From IMG/VR virus record IMGVR_UViG_3300006204_000001: a DNA stretch of 64,000 bases. One strand, 5' to 3'. Below the pieces are notes generated by a model that saw nothing but the letters and a program-made list of their open reading frames with translations, had not been told where the DNA came from and searched no databases. Made by a program: the position numbers and the translations under genes. Source of the stretch: a virus. Its lineage: Duplodnaviria > Heunggongvirae > Uroviricota > Caudoviricetes. This document shows positions 59,153 through 64,000 of this stretch, piece by piece (position 1 is the stretch's first letter; each line of letters begins with the position of its first letter).

Positions 59153-60205
59153 TTATTTCCAATCTCTTTTATTATCGATATGATCCTCTTCTTTTTTCTT
59201 TTTCTCTTCTTCATTATTAATAACATCTGATGCTTTAAGTTTAGAATTAATCTTATTATCTCTATCTTTATTTGCATCATCTACTACTTTATCAACATCC
59301 TGTTTTACAGATTCAATAAGATATGATGATGAATTATCATTAACTACAATACCCTTACCAAATCTAATTCTAGTAACACACTCATTAAATGCACTACTTT
59401 CCATCTTTAATGTTTTATCCATCATATTAATTACAGATTCTCTAATAGCTAATCCAATCATTTCATCCTGTATGCTTTCTGTAATTTCTACATTTTCTTT
59501 CATAAATTGTTTATTAATATAATGAAGAGCTATAGATGTAACAGATTCAGTCTGTTCCTCAATTTCAGCTACTGGTTTAGGATCAAATTTCATTTCATCA
59601 GATTGTTGTCTATCTTCAATTTCTTTAGTGATATCATTTACAATCTGTTTTTTAGCTTTATCTTTAAGGATATCCATAAAATTATCATAATCCCGATAAT
59701 CTTCAATATCCACAATATTATCATTTATTTCAGGATTTGTTTCTACATCTGGAACCTCTGGTTCAGGAATATCAATCTTTTTATCTTTAGCATCTTTTAA
59801 TTTTTCATCAGCTTCTTTCATATATTCATCACCGATAAGTTTAGTCATATATTTAATATATTCCAACATAGGTGATTTAGTATTATCTGATGATGATTGA
59901 ATATATTGTGTAGCGTTCATTCCTTTACTAGCTAATAGGTTAGAAACATCATTAGCTAATAAACCTTTATTGTTATCAATAAACTCTTTATCAAGTGGAA
60001 GTATATGACAATAAAGATCTACAATAATACGTTTTCTACAATTATCAACTAATTCATCTCTACACTTTAATGCTTTCGCTTTCCATGCATCGGCTCCAAT
60101 ATCTGAACAAACTGGTATTGTTAGTGGTTTAGTTGTGTTATTCAATCCATCTTTTAAATTGTCATACATCGTTCCTAAATCTGTTGTATTAGTACTATAA
60201 TCCAT
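59153..60205 (-). CDS. Putative head/scaffold-like protein
   Basis: 350 aa, acidic and helical, many x-x-E-S motifs (QTES, ITES, IRES, LIES). Confidence 0.5.
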   Translation of the reverse strand: MDYSTNTTDLGTMYDNLKDGLNNTTKPLTIPVCSDIGADAWKAKALKCRDELVDNCRKRIIVDLYCHILPLDKEFIDNNKGLLANDVSNLLASKGMNATQYIQSSSDNTKSPMLEYIKYMTKLIGDEYMKEADEKLKDAKDKKIDIPEPEVPDVETNPEINDNIVDIEDYRDYDNFMDILKDKAKKQIVNDITKEIEDRQQSDEMKFDPKPVAEIEEQTESVTSIALHYINKQFMKENVEITESIQDEMIGLAIRESVINMMDKTLKMESSAFNECVTRIRFGKGIVVNDNSSSYLIESVKQDVDKVVDDANKDRDNKINSKLKASDVINNEEEKKKKEEDHIDNKRDWK

Positions 60206-60243
60206 TTTACTTTCCTCCTATATAAATACTTTTACTAACTCGG

Positions 60244-62997
60244 TTAAACTTCTTCAATGAATTCAATGCTATTTTCATCTATACGAATCATCTCAGGTAC
60301 ATATGTTGATAATTGTGATCTATTCATTTTAGATGTATCATTTTCTTTAATAAATATAGATTGTTTATTAGCATCATAATCATTAAATCCTAAGAAACGT
60401 AAATATCTTACATTTGAATTATTTTCTTTTATCATATGAATCAAATCTGATACATGCACGTCTGTTAATGTTCCATTATCTAAAGATTCAAAATATAATT
60501 TTAAATCATTTATAATAGAAGAAACAGTCTGTGTATATAAAGATCTATCATATACTGATAATACAAATCGTATTTTTAGATAAACATTATCTAACAATAT
60601 ATCAGAATCCCAAATTGTATCAGAGCCATCTTTAGGTCCAATAAAATAATTTGTTGATCTTCCATATGTGTTATATAATTTATAATCTAAAGTTGCATTA
60701 CCACTACCTTTCATTTTAGATAATACTGGTTCTATCGCATTATATTGCTCACTAAATGCTCTAATAAAATATGTCATCTTTTCTTCATCTAAAGGTATAT
60801 CATATTTTAAAAATGGAATTAATGATGCATTAATTGTATAATTATTATTCTCACCTTCGAATGTAATTACAGATTTCATCATTGATAATGGTTTATATAA
60901 TATTAAATCTCTATTTGCATTTGCAAATCTGTTAGCTACTAAATAACCATCATATGTAGGATCATCAAATAAACTTGTAGTCATGCTTCCTTTTATATCT
61001 TTCATTAAACATATAAAATGAAATGATGTTTCCTGTGAATCAATAATTATCTTTCCTTTATTTATTCCATGTGATATTAATGATTTCATAGTAGGTGTTC
61101 TGTCTATATCTACAGATAAAGTCATATCTGTACTAATATTATCATCTACAGCTATATATGTTTCAAATAATATAGCGCCACCTTTTCTTATTTCTATAGG
61201 AGTCATTTCAATATAACCTGTTTCTCCTTCAGAATTACATCTAGTTACTAATATTAATCGAAGTTTATTATCATTAATATCGTATCCATCTCCAATACCC
61301 TCTACATATTTAAATTTTTTATCAGTAGTTATAGTAGGAACACAGATAACTTGTAATTTATATTTATTGCTATTCTTACTTGATAATGATCTTTCTACAC
61401 TAAATGTAGCTAATTGAAATTGATAAAATGAATTTGGGTTACTATATAAATCTTCTGGCCATGAAGTATCATTAATTAAATAATTATAATTCATGGATAT
61501 AGTAGGATCCCTATAAATTTTTATATAGAAAGGATTAGTAAACATATATGGTCTATTTGTACCAGTTGGTGGTAAAGTTTCATCAGTTACCATTGCTAAT
61601 CCTTCTGTACTATTTATCATTCTTACAGTAGATCTAGAATCATCAATATATTCCCATAAATGACCAGGTTTAATAATAAATTCTTCATTAATACCTGCAG
61701 CATTGTTATTAATAAAATCAAATTGATCATGTTCTACTATAATATTCAATGTATTAGTAGGATAAATATAACTATCATTTGTAATAGCTATAAATTGTGA
61801 AAATAATGTTCCTGATGGATCATCTCTTCGTTTAAAGAATTTTGATCTACTATTATATCGTTTACCATAATTTTCAAACCACAGATTTAGATCATGATCT
61901 GATATTAATGTATTACTTGTATTATGTAATAATATTACATCATTTCTCAATGATTCAATATCACCTTTATCTAATCCACCATTCGATCCGCTATAACATA
62001 ATGCTACCATTTTTGTTTGTGCATTATATGAATATCTTTTACCTGTTTTTTGTACAGCTACACCCGATTTTGAATTATATTGATCAAAATTAGATTTACT
62101 TCCATTACACATATAAATTATGGATTCTATCTTACTGTTAAACTCAGGAGAAAAATATCCTGAATTACTAGAGAATGATAATTTAATGATATTATCAGTT
62201 TCAAATCTATACCATGCAAATGGTTCTATTTCTGCTTTTGTATATTGATTCTTTAATTTTATTTTTCTTCTTAAGCCTGTAGGAGTAATATATGTAACAT
62301 CTAATCCAGCTATTTGTCTAGTCCACTTTAACTCAACATCACTATTTACTGTAACAAGATTATCTGTAATAGATTTAGTTATAGTCTTTCTTTCAAATTC
62401 TTTAAGATCTACAAACAAAACTAACCAATCAATACTTGTTACTTGATGTTTAATATATTTAGATGCAATATCAGATATACTATTTTCTTCACTCATATCA
62501 TAGTAAACATTAAATATATACTTACCTCCTATAGATTGATATTCTATTATAATATCATAATCTAATCTATATGAGTTATCATTAAGAATTAAACGTGTAT
62601 CTTTGTCTAATACATATCTAAATTTACTACTATTTTGTACTTTAGTAGCATATTTCATTACATCTGGTAACCATATTTGTAAACCGAAATTACATGTAGA
62701 TGGTTTTGCAAATGTGTATCCTTTATCATATAATGAAGCTTCTGAATAAATAGAGTTTGGTAATACTGCTCTAGTTATAAAAGATTCATTTATCATAAGA
62801 GATCCAGTTGCATATGCATCTTCTATAGCTTGTGACATATATTCTGATACTATACCAGTAAATCCTAAATTCAATTTTTCCATTGGAATATTAGGATATG
62901 CTTTAGGAATCATTACATTTTGAACATATTCTTTTATAGCAAAATTACTAGTATAGTCTTTTATAACATTACCATTTTTATTTGTTTCTAATGACAT
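60244..62997 (-). CDS. Putative baseplate wedge protein (gp6/J-like)
   Basis: 917 aa; ESFITRAVLPNSIY..AS..GY..AKPS N-terminus; SNGGLDKGDIESLR...LISDHDL motif typical of wedge proteins. Confidence 0.65.
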   Translation of the reverse strand: MSLETNKNGNVIKDYTSNFAIKEYVQNVMIPKAYPNIPMEKLNLGFTGIVSEYMSQAIEDAYATGSLMINESFITRAVLPNSIYSEASLYDKGYTFAKPSTCNFGLQIWLPDVMKYATKVQNSSKFRYVLDKDTRLILNDNSYRLDYDIIIEYQSIGGKYIFNVYYDMSEENSISDIASKYIKHQVTSIDWLVLFVDLKEFERKTITKSITDNLVTVNSDVELKWTRQIAGLDVTYITPTGLRRKIKLKNQYTKAEIEPFAWYRFETDNIIKLSFSSNSGYFSPEFNSKIESIIYMCNGSKSNFDQYNSKSGVAVQKTGKRYSYNAQTKMVALCYSGSNGGLDKGDIESLRNDVILLHNTSNTLISDHDLNLWFENYGKRYNSRSKFFKRRDDPSGTLFSQFIAITNDSYIYPTNTLNIIVEHDQFDFINNNAAGINEEFIIKPGHLWEYIDDSRSTVRMINSTEGLAMVTDETLPPTGTNRPYMFTNPFYIKIYRDPTISMNYNYLINDTSWPEDLYSNPNSFYQFQLATFSVERSLSSKNSNKYKLQVICVPTITTDKKFKYVEGIGDGYDINDNKLRLILVTRCNSEGETGYIEMTPIEIRKGGAILFETYIAVDDNISTDMTLSVDIDRTPTMKSLISHGINKGKIIIDSQETSFHFICLMKDIKGSMTTSLFDDPTYDGYLVANRFANANRDLILYKPLSMMKSVITFEGENNNYTINASLIPFLKYDIPLDEEKMTYFIRAFSEQYNAIEPVLSKMKGSGNATLDYKLYNTYGRSTNYFIGPKDGSDTIWDSDILLDNVYLKIRFVLSVYDRSLYTQTVSSIINDLKLYFESLDNGTLTDVHVSDLIHMIKENNSNVRYLRFLGFNDYDANKQSIFIKENDTSKMNRSQLSTYVPEMIRIDENSIEFIEEV

Positions 62998-63010
62998 TTA
63001 TTTTTCCTCC

Positions 63011-64000
63011 TTATGCTAATAATGAAGCTTGTGGTTTTCCACCACCTCCAGTTTTATTTTTATCTTCTTTATATTTTACCTTCTTTCTTTCATTATCAAT
63101 ATATACTCGTGAATATAATAAATTATCTGTTAATCTTTTATCACTTGGCTTTTTAAATTTCAATCTTAATCTGGTATCTTGTGTAGCATAATTAACACCA
63201 TCTGCAACTAATGCTGCTGCTTTATTTGCATAACGAATTTCTATAAATGGTGCTCCCACAAATGGTCTTGCTGAATGACCTATATATGGATTGAATTGTG
63301 ATACAGCATTTACATTTTGATCTTTTATAATACCTGAATCTTTATTAAATTCAATTAATGATACTATATTCATTGGATCTTTAAATGCATATTGGAATGT
63401 AATATTAACTTTTCTTGATCCAGTAGACATATCATCTGATGACCATGATAATGCAGATATAGGTACATTAATAGGAAATATTCCATAATATTTAACCCAA
63501 TATAAAATATCTCCTCCATCTGGTCCGCATACAAATACATATGCTGATGATGCATAGTCTAATGTTTTTGTATATACATAACTTGCATTTATTTGATTAG
63601 ATACTGCTGATGTTCCAAATAAATTATAAGATGGACTCCATAATCCATTAGCAACATTTGATATATATCGTGTCCATAATGTAGTTAAATTAATTATGGA
63701 TAAATCAGATATTTCTGTAAATGAGCATGTAAATGTACCACCTTTTGTTCCTGTATATGTATCACCATATGGTACAGAATGTTCATTCCAAGATTTTCCT
63801 ACTTCGGTTACATTTAAAGAATCATCTGTTAATTCAAATGAATTTACCTGATTTGATAATAAAAAATTAAAATTATCATCATCACCACATCTTTTATAGT
63901 TCGTTAATAATTTAAATAAATCAGGATTTCTTCTCCATATCATATATGTAGATGTATTATTTTTTACCTGTGAATTAGCTGTTCCAGGTTGAGCATCAGA
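63011..64000 (-). CDS. Putative tail-tube-like baseplate protein, 5'-truncated at window end
   Basis: Frame open to 64000; tube-like pattern FTCSFTE...WTRYI...DYASS..Y..YWVKYYGIFPINVP...NITFQY. Confidence 0.55.
   Translation of the reverse strand, partial: SDAQPGTANSQVKNNTSTYMIWRRNPDLFKLLTNYKRCGDDDNFNFLLSNQVNSFELTDDSLNVTEVGKSWNEHSVPYGDTYTGTKGGTFTCSFTEISDLSIINLTTLWTRYISNVANGLWSPSYNLFGTSAVSNQINASYVYTKTLDYASSAYVFVCGPDGGDILYWVKYYGIFPINVPISALSWSSDDMSTGSRKVNITFQYAFKDPMNIVSLIEFNKDSGIIKDQNVNAVSQFNPYIGHSARPFVGAPFIEIRYANKAAALVADGVNYATQDTRLRLKFKKPSDKRLTDNLLYSRVYIDNERKKVKYKEDKNKTGGGGKPQASLLA

Noticed and set aside
232-63555. Short antisense or overlapping ORFs in the supplied track (e.g. 8352..8651, 24425..24670, 31692..32009, 54333..54650, 56224..56739)
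   Set aside because: Shadow frames of long genes, lacking RBS and with atypical composition.
1-64000. CRISPR array, rRNA, integrase, IS elements, group I/II introns
   Set aside because: No regularly spaced repeats, no GC-rich structured RNA blocks and no recombinase/transposase motifs seen; the core genes are uninterrupted.

Overview
A very AT-rich 64 kb segment of a jumbo myophage, most plausibly of the phiKZ/AR9-PBS1 lineage. Strong AAAGGAGG ribosome-binding sites point to a Bacillota host. All family calls come from motif recognition; no database searches were run. The minus strand carries most morphogenesis genes: tail tube, tail sheath, terminase large subunit, major capsid protein, head proteins and baseplate proteins. 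Other core genes are a GroEL-like chaperonin, a DnaB-like helicase, an SF2 helicase, dTMP kinase, ThyX and an RNA ligase. Accessory cassettes (ABC exporter, DHH phosphoesterase, XRE regulator, HExxH peptidases, EndoU-like nuclease, many ORFans) are interleaved. Most open with a TATATTCTA promoter-like motif and close with a hairpin. The main signal is an unrecognised ~200-280 aa module (signature SH[GS]xLKYxFR...H.xKI[VI][YF]xLD...GxxD[HF]xSxG...I[IQ]DxxT.x[RQ]L...VG[ED]...[FY]K[STA]T...RG). It occurs four times in three different putative head proteins, always bracketed by hydrophobic-x-Glu motifs resembling prohead-protease sites. Next to it are two large cassette-like polyproteins with transglutaminase-like, zincin, ART-like, permuted papain-like and SUKH-like modules. 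Two module copies end in a perfectly identical 56 bp in-frame sequence in inverted orientation about 20.5 kb apart. This suggests a shuffled, protease-released virion cargo system. No rRNA, tRNA, CRISPR array or IS element was seen.
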